A DNA stretch of 64,000 nt, taken from the NCBI GenBank assembly GCA_019118505.1, contig DWYU01000084.1:11563-75562 (forward strand), given 5' to 3'. The notes beneath the pieces are model-generated. The model was not told the origin of the DNA. It ran no database searches and saw only the letters and a program-made list of their open reading frames with translations. Both the position numbers and the translations under genes were made by a program. Origin of the DNA: Candidatus Oscillibacter excrementavium. GTDB taxonomy: Bacteria > Bacillota > Clostridia > Oscillospirales > Oscillospiraceae. Below, piece after piece: positions 31,912-41,746 of the stretch. Every line of letters starts with the position of its first letter. The first letter of the stretch is position 1.

Positions 31912-32082
31912 GCCCGGAGGGAAAGGCCCGCCTCCTCCGCGGGGCGGAGGATTCTTGAAAAATATCCGTATATTATGATATACTAAAACAGCGCCCTGAG
32001 ACGGGCCCACAGAGCAGACGCAGAAACCGGGAACCGACCGTACGGACACAGATCGGCGTGCCGATCCGGAAAAAGGAGAGGA

Positions 32083-33930
32083 ATGCAGAAGACATCTTTC
32101 ATTTATGTCGCTGGCAATCCGGCGCTGTATCCGCTGGAGTATTATGACCCAGTCAGCCAGGAATACCGCGGGGCGATCCCGCGCCTGCTGGCGGACTTCG
32201 CCGCCAAATGCGGCTATAACCTTGTCTACTGTCAGCCGGGCGCCGCGGATAGGCGGCGGGAGCTTGCGGAAGATCCCAAGGTGCAGGTCATCTCCGGCGT
32301 GGCAAGCGGCGAGCACTTTCCCGGAAGCGCCGGGGCGCTCACGCTTTACCGGACGGAGGCTGCCGGGACCGCGGCGGAATACGGACTGGTGTTCACTGAG
32401 ACCGCGCCGGAGGCCTTTGTCCGTGCGCTGACCGGCTATGCCGCGGAGCGCGGGGAGGACGCCGCCATGGGCGAACTCCTGGCCGCGGTGGAGGAGCCGC
32501 TGTCAGGGACCGCCCATGCGCTGCCCGCCGGCTCCGCCTCCGGGGAGAGAAGAAGCGTGCCAATGGACGTCCTCCTGACGGTGAGCCGGTGGGAGGAGCG
32601 GCAGCTCGAAGCGGAGCGGGAGCTGGACGCCTGCACGGGGCTCTGTAATCAAACGGGGCTGGAGCGGCTGTTCCGGGAGACGGTCCGCGAAGAGGACCGC
32701 GGGCGCTACGCGATGTTCTGCTTCCACTTCGATTTGTGGCACATTGAGCACGTCGGCGGCCCCGGGGCAGCGGAGGAGTTCCTCCGGTATGCCGCGGGGG
32801 CGCTGCGCCGCAGCGCCCCAGGGGGAGCGGCCCTGGCGCGGGGCGACAGCGGCGACTTCTTCCTGCTGTGCCGGGCGGACAGCGCCGACACGGCGCGGGA
32901 CTGGGCCCGGCGTATGCTGGATGCCGTCCAGACAGCTCCCTGTGCGGGGGTGCCGGGCTCCTGCCGCGACGCCAGTGTCGGCATCGTTCCCCTGGCCTCC
33001 TGCGGGTGCGACTGCCGGCAGGGGATCTATTACGCCCGCCAGTGCGCGGTCAACGCGGGATGCAGCAGCCAGCAGGTGAAGATTTGCGGCGCGCACGACT
33101 GCGGGATCTGCGAAGAGCAGCGGGAACTGCTGGCAGACCTGGAGCAGGGGCTCCGGTCAGGGGACTTCCGGCTGTATCTGCAGCTCATCGTGCGGGCAAA
33201 GAGCTTTGAGATCGCCGGCGGCGAGGCGCTCTCGCGCTGGATGCACCCGGAGCGGGGCTTGCTGAACCCGGACCGGTATATTCCTCTGCTGGAGCAGGAA
33301 GGCAGGATCGAACCGCTGGATTTCTACAATCTGGATCAGGCGTGCAGCTTTCTGGAACAGCTGCACAAGAAACACCAGGGGGAGTTCTTCCTCTCCGCCA
33401 ACCTGTCCCGCCGGTCGTTCCTGCGGGCGGAGCTCGTGCAGCGCTGCCGGGAGATCGTTGAACGATATGAGTTCCCACGCCATGAGCTCATGATTGAAAT
33501 CACCGAGAGCGGATGTGTCCGCGGGGAGGAGATCGAGCGGCTGCGGAAGAATATCCAGGCCGTGCGGTCGCTGGGCATACGGGTCATGCTGGATGATTTC
33601 GGCATGGGCTATACCACCTTTCACGATCTGCTGGAGTTCCCGATGGACGGCCTGAAGCTTGACAAGAGTCTGGTGGACAGGCTCAGCACGGAACCGGGCA
33701 AGATCGTCCTGGGCGGCATCATCGATACGGCCCACAAGCTGGGGCTTTCCGTCCTGGCCGAAGGGGTGGAGGAGGAATGGCAGGTAGACGAGCTCCGCCG
33801 GATGGGCTGTGACCTGCTGCAGGGCTATCTCTTTTCGATTCCGCTGCCCGCGTCGGAGGCGATGCGCCGCATAACCGGGCGGGGGAACAGACCGGAGGAA
33901 TCCGCAAAGATCGTCTGGAAGCGGGATTGA
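32083..33930 (+). CDS. Degenerate-GGDEF + EAL domain protein (probable c-di-GMP phosphodiesterase) with an N-terminal SBP-like segment
   Basis: EALSRW, EITES, LDDFG, LKLDK, AEGVE, LQGYLFS; the GGDEF position reads DSGDF. Confidence 0.85.
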   Translation: MQKTSFIYVAGNPALYPLEYYDPVSQEYRGAIPRLLADFAAKCGYNLVYCQPGAADRRRELAEDPKVQVISGVASGEHFPGSAGALTLYRTEAAGTAAEYGLVFTETAPEAFVRALTGYAAERGEDAAMGELLAAVEEPLSGTAHALPAGSASGERRSVPMDVLLTVSRWEERQLEAERELDACTGLCNQTGLERLFRETVREEDRGRYAMFCFHFDLWHIEHVGGPGAAEEFLRYAAGALRRSAPGGAALARGDSGDFFLLCRADSADTARDWARRMLDAVQTAPCAGVPGSCRDASVGIVPLASCGCDCRQGIYYARQCAVNAGCSSQQVKICGAHDCGICEEQRELLADLEQGLRSGDFRLYLQLIVRAKSFEIAGGEALSRWMHPERGLLNPDRYIPLLEQEGRIEPLDFYNLDQACSFLEQLHKKHQGEFFLSANLSRRSFLRAELVQRCREIVERYEFPRHELMIEITESGCVRGEEIERLRKNIQAVRSLGIRVMLDDFGMGYTTFHDLLEFPMDGLKLDKSLVDRLSTEPGKIVLGGIIDTAHKLGLSVLAEGVEEEWQVDELRRMGCDLLQGYLFSIPLPASEAMRRITGRGNRPEESAKIVWKRD

Positions 33931-34017
33931 CACCTGCTGCCGGCGGCGATATCCTCCAATCGGGCCGTGAAGGGCCCGCGCGTCGCGGCGGAGAGGTCCC
34001 GGAGGCTGAAATATCCG

Positions 34018-34167
34018 TTGCAAATCTCCGCGCGCTGTGGTATAATCATCCCAAATCCAATCAATGGTGCCGCCTGTTCCCCCGGGGGCAGGGCTGACGG
34101 GCATTGAACTTCATTCCGCTAGGGCTGCCGCAGGGCAGAGGAATGAGGTTCAATGCCCATCTTTTTT
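34018..34167 (+). promoter_or_regulatory. SigmaA promoter followed by a leader terminator (attenuator)
   Basis: TTGCAA(34018)-17-TATAAT(34041); 19-bp stem 34099-34117/34140-34158 followed by T6, before the RBS at about 34190. Confidence 0.75.
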
Positions 34168-34202
34168 GCAGGGTGCCATTCACTGAGAAAGGAGCCGTTT
34201 TT

Positions 34203-35219
34203 ATGGCAAATATTCGAATTCTGAGCCGGGAGGATGTCATCCGGGTCACGGAGATGCAGCCGATCATCGACTGCGTGGAGGAGGTGTACCGGCAGAAGAG
34301 CGATGGGCAGACCGTGGTATGGCCCACCACCTTTTACGAGTTTGACCCCGGCCACGCGGATATGGACATCAAGTCCGGCTATCTCCCCCAGGCGAAGCTG
34401 TACGGGCACAAGACCGTCTCCTGGTTCGAGGCCAATCAGGACCGGGGACTGCCGGATCTGACGGGGCTCATCGCTGTGTACAGCGCGGAAACGGGGCTGC
34501 CCATCGGGATTCTGGACGCCTCCTACATCACCGGCATCCGCACCGGCGCGGCAGGCGCCATCGGGGCCAGGTATCTGGCCCGGGCGGATTCCCAGAACCT
34601 TGTGCTGGTGGGCTCCGGCAGCCAGGCCCTCTTTCAGATCGCGGCCATGAAGACCCTCTTCCCGGGGCTGCGGAAGATCACCGTGGTGAATGTGCGGACG
34701 CCGGACCACGCCGCCCGCTTCACCGCGGCGCTGCCGCAAATGCTGGCGGACCAGTTCGGACTGGACCTGGCGGGCGTCGCGCTGGCTTCGTCCGGGGACC
34801 TGGAGACCGCGCTCTCCGACGCGGACATCGTGGTGACGGTGACGCCCTCCAAGACGCCGCTGGTCCGGAAGGACTGGGTCCGGCCCGGCACCCACCTCTC
34901 CTGCATGGGGGCGGACATGGCCGGCAAGCAGGAGGTGGAGAGCGCTCTGCTGGCGGGGGCCCGGATTTTTGTGGACGACCTGGAGCACTGCATCTCCGCC
35001 GGAGAGATCGAGATCCCCCTCAAGCAGGGGGTGATCTCCCAGGGGGACATCGTCGGAGAGATCGGCGACCTGATCCTGGGCAAGGTCCCCGGCCGGCAGC
35101 GGGAGGACGAGATCACCGTCTACGACTCCACCGGTATGGCGCTGCTGGACATCGCCGCGGCAAAGGCCGCCCTGGCCCTGGCGGAGGAGAAGAGCCTGGG
35201 CACCGTTGTCACCCTGTGA
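34203..35219 (+). CDS. Ornithine cyclodeaminase/mu-crystallin family protein
   Basis: ITGIRTGAAGA, GSGSQA, GTHLSCMGAD, ITVYDSTGMALLD. Confidence 0.88.
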   Translation: MANIRILSREDVIRVTEMQPIIDCVEEVYRQKSDGQTVVWPTTFYEFDPGHADMDIKSGYLPQAKLYGHKTVSWFEANQDRGLPDLTGLIAVYSAETGLPIGILDASYITGIRTGAAGAIGARYLARADSQNLVLVGSGSQALFQIAAMKTLFPGLRKITVVNVRTPDHAARFTAALPQMLADQFGLDLAGVALASSGDLETALSDADIVVTVTPSKTPLVRKDWVRPGTHLSCMGADMAGKQEVESALLAGARIFVDDLEHCISAGEIEIPLKQGVISQGDIVGEIGDLILGKVPGRQREDEITVYDSTGMALLDIAAAKAALALAEEKSLGTVVTL

Positions 35220-35234
35220 GGGAGGAGTGTGCGC

Positions 35235-36203
35235 ATGGCATTTGATTTCAACGAGGTGAGGGATGCCTACGAGCGCATCCGCCCCTACGTCCGCAGGACC
35301 CTTCTGGAGGAGTCCTTCTACCTGGGGGACGGGGAGCGCCGCTACTTCTTCAAGCTGGAGTCTCTGCAGCGGGCCAAGAGCTTCAAAATCCGGGGGGCGC
35401 TGAACAAGATGCTGACGCTGACGGCGGAGGAGGCGGCCCGTGGCGTCGGCACCGTCTCCTCCGGGAACCACGGCAGTTCGGTCAGCTATGCCGCGTCCCT
35501 GCTGGGTATTGAGAACGCGGTGGTCATTGTGCCCGAGGGCACGCCCCAGAGCAAGATCGACAGGATCCGCTGCTTCGGCGCGGAGGTGCTGCTGATGGGA
35601 AGCAGCTACGACGAGGCCCACCGGCTGGGCCTGGACTACATCCGCCGGCACGGCCTGACGTACATCGACGCCTACTATGACGACCCCAAGATCTATGGCG
35701 GCCAGGGGACCATCGCCATCGAGCTCCTGGAGCAGAATCCGAACATCGACACCATCGTGGTCCCCATCGGCGGCGGCGGGCTGATCACCGGCATCGCGGT
35801 GGCGGCAAAGGCCCTGAAGCCGGGCATCCGCGTCGTGGGGGTGCAGACGGAGAAGTGCCCCGCCATGATCAAGTCCTATGAGGACGGCGTCTTTTACGAG
35901 GAGTACCCCTGCGAGGGAGACTCCATCTGCGACGCGCTGCTGGGGGGCGTCGGGGCGCTGAGCTATCAGATGGTAAAGGACTGCGTGGACGACCTGATCG
36001 CCGTCTCTGAGGACACTGTGGGCCGGGCCGTCAGCTTTATGGCACGGGAGGAGAAGTTCGTGGTGGAGGCCGGCAGCTGCACCACCGTGGCCGCGGTCAT
36101 GGACCACCGGGAGCGCATCGGCGGCAGACAGATCGCCCTGGTCCTCTCCGGCGGCAACATTGACGGGCAGCTGCTGGCTTCCCTGCTGGAGAAGTACCAA
36201 TGA
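35235..36203 (+). CDS. Serine/threonine dehydratase family PLP enzyme (short form, no ACT domain)
   Basis: KLESLQRAKSFKIRGA, SSGNHG, GQGTIA, PIGGGGL, LSGGNID. Confidence 0.88.
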   Translation: MAFDFNEVRDAYERIRPYVRRTLLEESFYLGDGERRYFFKLESLQRAKSFKIRGALNKMLTLTAEEAARGVGTVSSGNHGSSVSYAASLLGIENAVVIVPEGTPQSKIDRIRCFGAEVLLMGSSYDEAHRLGLDYIRRHGLTYIDAYYDDPKIYGGQGTIAIELLEQNPNIDTIVVPIGGGGLITGIAVAAKALKPGIRVVGVQTEKCPAMIKSYEDGVFYEEYPCEGDSICDALLGGVGALSYQMVKDCVDDLIAVSEDTVGRAVSFMAREEKFVVEAGSCTTVAAVMDHRERIGGRQIALVLSGGNIDGQLLASLLEKYQ

Positions 36204-37372
36204 GCCCGTGTGTGAACGAGCGGATCGCGGCCGCCGTGGCCCGGGCGCTGCCGCAGCTGGAGGCCCTGCGGGACGAGCTGTACCGCCATCCCGAGATCGG
36301 CGGGGAGGAGACCTTCGCGTCGTCCCGCCTGACAGAGGTACTGGAGGAAAACGGCTTCCAGGTCACCCGGGAGTACGGCGGCATCCCCCACGCGTTCCGG
36401 GCGGCGGCCTCCGCCCCGGTATCAGGCCCCACGGTGGCGCTTTTCGCGGAATACGACGCCCTGCCGGACCTGGGGCACGCCTGCGGCCACAACCTGATCT
36501 GCACCGCCGCCCTGGGGGCGGCCCTGGCCCTGAGGGAAGTCCTGCCGGACCTCCGGGGCACGGTGGTGGTATTCGGCACGCCCGGCGAGGAGAATCTCTG
36601 CACCAAGACCCTCCTGGCGGAGCGGGGGCTGCTGGATGAGGCGGACGCGGCCATGATGGTGCACCCCAATCCGGTGACCTGCGCCAGCGGGCGGACGCGG
36701 GCGGTGGAGTCCCTGCAGGTGGAGTTCTTCGGCCGCAGCGCCCACGCCGGCACCGGAGACCGGCAGGGGATCAACGCGCTGGACGCGGCGGTGGCGTGTT
36801 ACCAGAAGATCCAGGCGGAAAAGACCCGCTATCCAGACACCAATGTCCACGGCATTCTCAACGACGGCGGGCAGAAGGCCAGCGTGATCCCCGGCTACAG
36901 CAGCCTGAAATACCTGACTCGGGCCTGGGACATGGAGGGGCTGCGGACCCTCCGCGCCATGGTGGAGCGCTGCGCCGCCGCGGCAGCGGCGGAGACCGGC
37001 TGCACCTACCGGATCCACAACAACGAGGCGACGAACCGCCCCATGCGGACGAATCAGACCCTCTCTCAGGTGTTCAACCGGTATCTGCGCGCCTGCGGGG
37101 AGCCGGAGATCCTCCGCCAGGATGTGACCGGGTCCACGGACATGGGGGATGTCAGCTGGCGGGTCCCCGCCATCCACCCCTGGGTGGGCCTGAGCTGCCC
37201 GGACATCCCCCTGCACACAGAGGCCTTTGCGGAAAGGACCCTGTCCCCGGAGGCGGATGGCTTCCTCTCCCGGTGCAGCCGGGCCATGGCCAGCACGGCG
37301 GCGGAGATCCTGACAGACGCGGCCCTGCTGGAGCGGATTCGAAGAGAATTCGAAGGTTCCAGAAAGACCTGA
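36200..37372 (+). CDS. M20 family amidohydrolase (ACY1L2-like)
   Basis: HPEIG, AEYDALP, GHACGHNLI, GTPGEE, GSTDMGDVS. Confidence 0.85.
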   Translation: MSPCVNERIAAAVARALPQLEALRDELYRHPEIGGEETFASSRLTEVLEENGFQVTREYGGIPHAFRAAASAPVSGPTVALFAEYDALPDLGHACGHNLICTAALGAALALREVLPDLRGTVVVFGTPGEENLCTKTLLAERGLLDEADAAMMVHPNPVTCASGRTRAVESLQVEFFGRSAHAGTGDRQGINALDAAVACYQKIQAEKTRYPDTNVHGILNDGGQKASVIPGYSSLKYLTRAWDMEGLRTLRAMVERCAAAAAAETGCTYRIHNNEATNRPMRTNQTLSQVFNRYLRACGEPEILRQDVTGSTDMGDVSWRVPAIHPWVGLSCPDIPLHTEAFAERTLSPEADGFLSRCSRAMASTAAEILTDAALLERIRREFEGSRKT

Positions 37373-37409
37373 GGGGCATCTGCGGGGAATCGGGAGGAAC
37401 CGCGCAAAG

Positions 37410-37446
37410 CAAAACGAGGCACTCGAATTTCGAGTGCCTCGTTTTG
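37410..37446. terminator. Bidirectional terminator (perfect 18-bp inverted repeat)
   Basis: caaaacgaggcactcgaa-t-ttcgagtgcctcgttttg, between convergent genes. Confidence 0.75.
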
Positions 37447-37488
37447 TCAAATCCCGGGGGAAGAACCGCCTCTGCCGCCGGGCAGCGG

Positions 37489-39336
37489 TCAGGGCTGGCA
37501 TTGATACAGCAGCTGGGAGATCTCCCCGCAGACGGCGTAGATGCCGTAGGCGTCCTTGGTGCCGCTGGCCCCGGTGGTGAGGACCACCACCCCGGCCCTT
37601 GTGGCCGGATTGTAGGAGATCAGGTTGTAGACGCCGTAGGCGCTGCCGGTGTGGTAGTACAGCTCGCTCTGCCCATATGCCCAGGTGCGGTACCGCAGGG
37701 GCTGGCCTTGATAAAACCCGCCGGCGATCATGGCATCCCCGTGCTGCTCCAGCCCGGCGATCACCTCCGGCTGTATGTAGGGGACGCCCTCATAGACCCC
37801 GTCGTTGGCCAGCAGCGCCACGATCTTGCCCAGGTCATAGGCGCTGATGGTGAGGCCGCCGGCAAAGGTGATCCCGTTGGAACCGGGGATGCCGTCGCTG
37901 ACGCGGGACTGCTGGGAGGCGAGGGACAGGCCTACGGCGCCGTTGGCCCGGTAGATCTCCGCCAGCAAATCCGTCCGCTGGATCTCGCCGGCGTAAAACG
38001 CCGCGTCGATGTGGAGGGGACCGTACAGGGACTCGTAGAGGATCTCGTCCAGGGTCCGCTGCTCCGCCAGCTCCACTGCCATGCCCAGGACGCTGAAGGC
38101 GTAGTTGTTGTAGGCCCAGTTCCCCGGGTTGCCGGAGAGGACGTTCCGGGTGCCGGCGGAGGAGGTCAGCCGGTGCCGGACCGCGGCCAGATCACAGGGC
38201 GTGCCCTCCGGCGCCACGGTCAGGGAGGAGGTGTGGGTCAGGATGGAGCGGGGGGTCACGGTGTCCCCGGCGCGGCGGGTGCGGATGTCAACGCCCAGGT
38301 AATCCCCGAGATCCGCATCCAGATCGAAAGAGCCGTCCTCCACGGCCAGCTGGGCCGCAAGCCCCACCAGAACCTTGGAGATGGAGGCGACCCGCACCCG
38401 GGTGTTGGAGGTCATGCCCCGGACGCCCTTCACCGCGCTGCCATAGGCATAGGTGTCCACCACCTGACCGTCCCGGACGTAGGCCACGGAGACGCCGTCG
38501 GCGCCGTATTTGGCGGCGATCTTCCCGATGGCATTCTGCATGGCGGTGTGGGCTTCTGTGTCCTCCACCACGTCCAGGGCCGGGATGGAACTGACGCGGG
38601 GCCCCGCGTCAGGGGAGGCCAGCCATTGGCCCAGCCGACAGGCTATCTGGACGGCCTGACCCCGGGTCAGGTGGCCCAGCGGGGCGATCTGGCCGCCGGA
38701 CGTCCCGGCCAGAATGCCCGTCTGCATACACCATTTCACATCCTGTCTGGCCCAGCTGCCCACCTGCCGCGTATCGGAACAGGCGGCAAAGGAGGCGGAG
38801 GTGGTGGGGGTCGTATTATACCCCAGATACCGGGCGGCAGCGGCCAGCAGCGCGGCGGCCTGCTGGCGGTTCAGCAGCTCCCCGGGGCGGAAGGTGCCGT
38901 CGCCGTAGCCGGAGACGATCCCCTGGTTCGCCGCCCAGGAGACGGCCTCATAGTAATAGCTCCCCGGCTGCACGTCGGAGTAAACGGGGGAGCCGCTCTA
39001 GACGAGGTCGGGCGCCAGGAGCCGGGCCAGCATGGTGGTGAACATGGCCCGGGTGACGGGCTGGCCGCTCTGGAACTGGCTCTCCAGGGGGATGTCCTGC
39101 AAAAGTCCCTGCTGGACGCACCAGCACAGGGCCTCATAGAACCAGTCGTCCTCGCTCACGTCCAGATAGGGCAGCAGGACTTCCAAAGATGCCTCCTCTG
39201 CGGCTTCGTCCGGCACCTCCTCCGGCGGCGCATCCTCCCCGATCTGGCCGTCCGGTTCCTGGGCCTGGACGGCCATGCAGAGGCACAGGGCGGCTGCGGT
39301 CATCCCGGCCAGCAGACGCTTGAAAAACACACGCAA
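37489..39336 (-). pseudogene. SLH-domain + serine hydrolase (class C beta-lactamase-like) surface protein, split by an in-frame TAG
   Basis: Signal peptide, SLH repeats, SISK / YNN / HTG motifs. Reads ...PDLV-TAG(39000-38998)-SGSPVYSDV... in the same frame. Confidence 0.75.
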
Positions 39337-39411
39337 ATCGATCCTCTCCCTTTTCTTTTGTGGAGCCGGGACGGGGATCCGTCCCGGCTGGTTCACATTT
39401 GTTGGCGGGCC

Positions 39412-40629
39412 TTACGCGGTGAAGAGCTGGACCCAGTAATTGCCCTCCCGGCCCACGCCGATGGTGGTGAAGCTGCCGTTCAGGATATTGGCCCGGTGGC
39501 CGGGGGAGTTCATCCACCCCGCCACCACCTGCGCCGGAGTAGAGTAGCCCGCGGCGATGTTCTCCCCGGCGGTCCAGTAGCGGACGCCGGCCTCGTTCAG
39601 GGCGGTGAAGCAGCTGCTGCCGTCGGGCCGGGTGTGGTCGAAGAGGGTGGGCAGCTCCTCCGCTCTCGTCTGTGCGGCTTCGGCGATGGCGTCATTGGTC
39701 TGGAGGGCGGCCAGGCCCTCCTTGGCCCGCTCCGCATTCACCAGGCGGATGACCTCGGCGATGTAGTCCGCCTCTGCCGGCGTCTGGGGATTGGTCTCCT
39801 CCGGGGTGGTCTCCTCCGGCTGCGTCTCCTCGGGGACGGTCACTGTGCCGGGGGCCTCCGCGCCGGCATCCTCCTCATCTGCCCAGGGGGCGGTAGAGGC
39901 GCCCGGCGTACCCGGATCGGGCCGCCGCTCATCGTAGAAGAGCTGGTTCTTGGCGTTGGGCGTATCCCAGTAGCGGGTGAGCATCACCGCCGCCTGGGCC
40001 CGGGTCACCGGGGAATTGGGAGACATGGTGTGAGCCCCGGTGCCGTTGAGGATGTACAGGTGGTAGCCCCAGCCCAGCATAGCGCTGCGGATGTCCTCCG
40101 CGTTGGCCCCCAGCGTGGCATTATCCATGTCCGTGAAGACATCCAGGTACATGTCCGTCATCTCATCCAGGCTCCGGCCGCACTCCCAGCGGTCAAAGTT
40201 CCGCAGGATGACGCAGAACTCCGCCCGGGTCAGGGGCGTGTTGGGATAGATGTTCTTCCCATTGATCAGCCAGCTGGGCAGGATGCCCTCCTGCTTGGCC
40301 CAGATCATGGCCTGGTAGTAGTAGGCGCTCTCCGGCACGTCGGCGTAGGGAGCGGGACCATCCAGGGAGGCCCAGTATTCGTTGTTCATGCTGCGGTTCA
40401 GGGCGGCGATGAACTGGCCCCGGGTGAGCTTTCCCTCCGGGGAGAAGGTGGAGGCACTGGTGCCGTTGAAGGTGGCGGGCCACTTGGAGTCGTCCGACAC
40501 CCGCATGATGGCGTCATAGGCCCAGTAGTCCGGCGGCACGTCGGTGTAAGGCCCGGCGGCCAGGGCTGGGACGGTGAGGCCCAGGCACAGAGCCAGGGTC
40601 AGCAGCAGGACGGATACCTTGTTTTTCAT
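39412..40629 (-). CDS. SLH-domain + CAP/SCP-domain secreted protein
   Basis: Signal peptide, three SLH repeats (LTRGQF, LTRAEF, VTRAQAA), PEET linker, NAER...HTRPDG...GENIA...WMNSPGHRANIL. Confidence 0.88.
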   Translation of the reverse strand: MKNKVSVLLLTLALCLGLTVPALAAGPYTDVPPDYWAYDAIMRVSDDSKWPATFNGTSASTFSPEGKLTRGQFIAALNRSMNNEYWASLDGPAPYADVPESAYYYQAMIWAKQEGILPSWLINGKNIYPNTPLTRAEFCVILRNFDRWECGRSLDEMTDMYLDVFTDMDNATLGANAEDIRSAMLGWGYHLYILNGTGAHTMSPNSPVTRAQAAVMLTRYWDTPNAKNQLFYDERRPDPGTPGASTAPWADEEDAGAEAPGTVTVPEETQPEETTPEETNPQTPAEADYIAEVIRLVNAERAKEGLAALQTNDAIAEAAQTRAEELPTLFDHTRPDGSSCFTALNEAGVRYWTAGENIAAGYSTPAQVVAGWMNSPGHRANILNGSFTTIGVGREGNYWVQLFTA

Positions 40630-40987
40630 ACGATTCTCTCCTTTTTAATCAAGATTGGACAGGCGGTTCTGCCTGTGGGAGTGAGTGGGGGTGCGGACGA
40701 TTTCATGAGGGGCGGGGGTCCGCTCCGCGGGGCGGGGACCTGCCGCTGGTCTGGTGCCGGGCCTGCTCCAGCACGGCCTGCACCAGGCTCCGGGGCGGGA
40801 CCGTCTCCGCGGCCTCCGCCTCCAGACTGCGGCGCAGCAGCTCGGCATAGGTCATGGGGGCTGGCCGCCTTCCCGATACACTCCGCGGGCCCCACGGCGC
40901 TCAGGCGGCAGGCAGGGGGAGGGGAAACAGCGGAATCGTCCGCGCATCGGCGCCGCCTCCGCTGCCGCCCGCCGGCGGCGCCGCATC

Positions 40988-41536
40988 TCAGAGCCCCTCC
41001 GGTTCCTGCTGCCGGACCTGGCTGGCGGCCTGGAGTTCCCGCTGGACAAAGAACGTCTTGACCAGCTGATACAGGAAGGCCGGAATGCCGATGAAGATGC
41101 TGACGATTCCCTTCACTAAGGCCCAAAAGACCCAGAACCAGAGGGTGCCGAAGATGGTGAGGGGCAGGAAAGACTGCAGGTAGGTGATCAGCTTCCAGCC
41201 GAAGGGAATGAAGAAAAACATCGTGGAGAAAAGCGCCAGCTCCAGCCCGGAGAGAGACCCCCGGGGGAGGATAGAACCCAGGATCAGCGCCGTGATCACA
41301 CCGTACACGCAGGTGCGCAGAAATTCAGATCGGGTATCCACCAGGGCGTCCAGATACTTCTGGCGGCGGGATTCCTCGGCCGATCTGGCCTGTTCCGCCT
41401 GCTGATTCCGGAGGAGCTGCGCGCATTCCTCGCACAGGCAGGGGGTGTAGAGACTGGCGCAGGCCTTGCACAGGGCTTTTCCACAGTGCTGGCAGGTGGC
41501 GACAGCTTCCCGGTCCTCGTGATAATAGCATTTCAT
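40988..41536 (-). CDS. Membrane protein with an N-terminal B-box-like Cys/His zinc finger
   Basis: MKCYYH...CQHCGKALCKAC...CEEC, then about 3 hydrophobic helices; strong RBS. Confidence 0.7.
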   Translation of the reverse strand: MKCYYHEDREAVATCQHCGKALCKACASLYTPCLCEECAQLLRNQQAEQARSAEESRRQKYLDALVDTRSEFLRTCVYGVITALILGSILPRGSLSGLELALFSTMFFFIPFGWKLITYLQSFLPLTIFGTLWFWVFWALVKGIVSIFIGIPAFLYQLVKTFFVQRELQAASQVRQQEPEGL

Positions 41537-41746
41537 TGTGATTCTCCTTTTCTCATGTCATTGCAGCGGCCGTTTGGCCCCTTTCAAGGAATGAGACACA
41601 GGAGGAGAACACCTGGTTTTATGGACAGAGAAAAAACTGCAAAAATTTTTGCCGGGGCTGGAAGATCAGCCCACCGGGAAGCGATGCTCCGATGGGCTGA
41701 TGGGCAGTCCAAATATGATGTTATGATACAACGGTTTAGAGCGTAC

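Noticed and set aside
34061-34070. C-AATGGT-G as a further ANTAR hexaloop
   Set aside because: Only the closing pair forms and there is no matching second hairpin at the terminator; the leader is reported as unexplained instead.
38998-39000. Pyrrolysine or programmed amber readthrough
   Set aside because: No pyl genes in the window, not a methyltransferase context, and TAG is used as a normal stop nearby (trpA, pilin 1).
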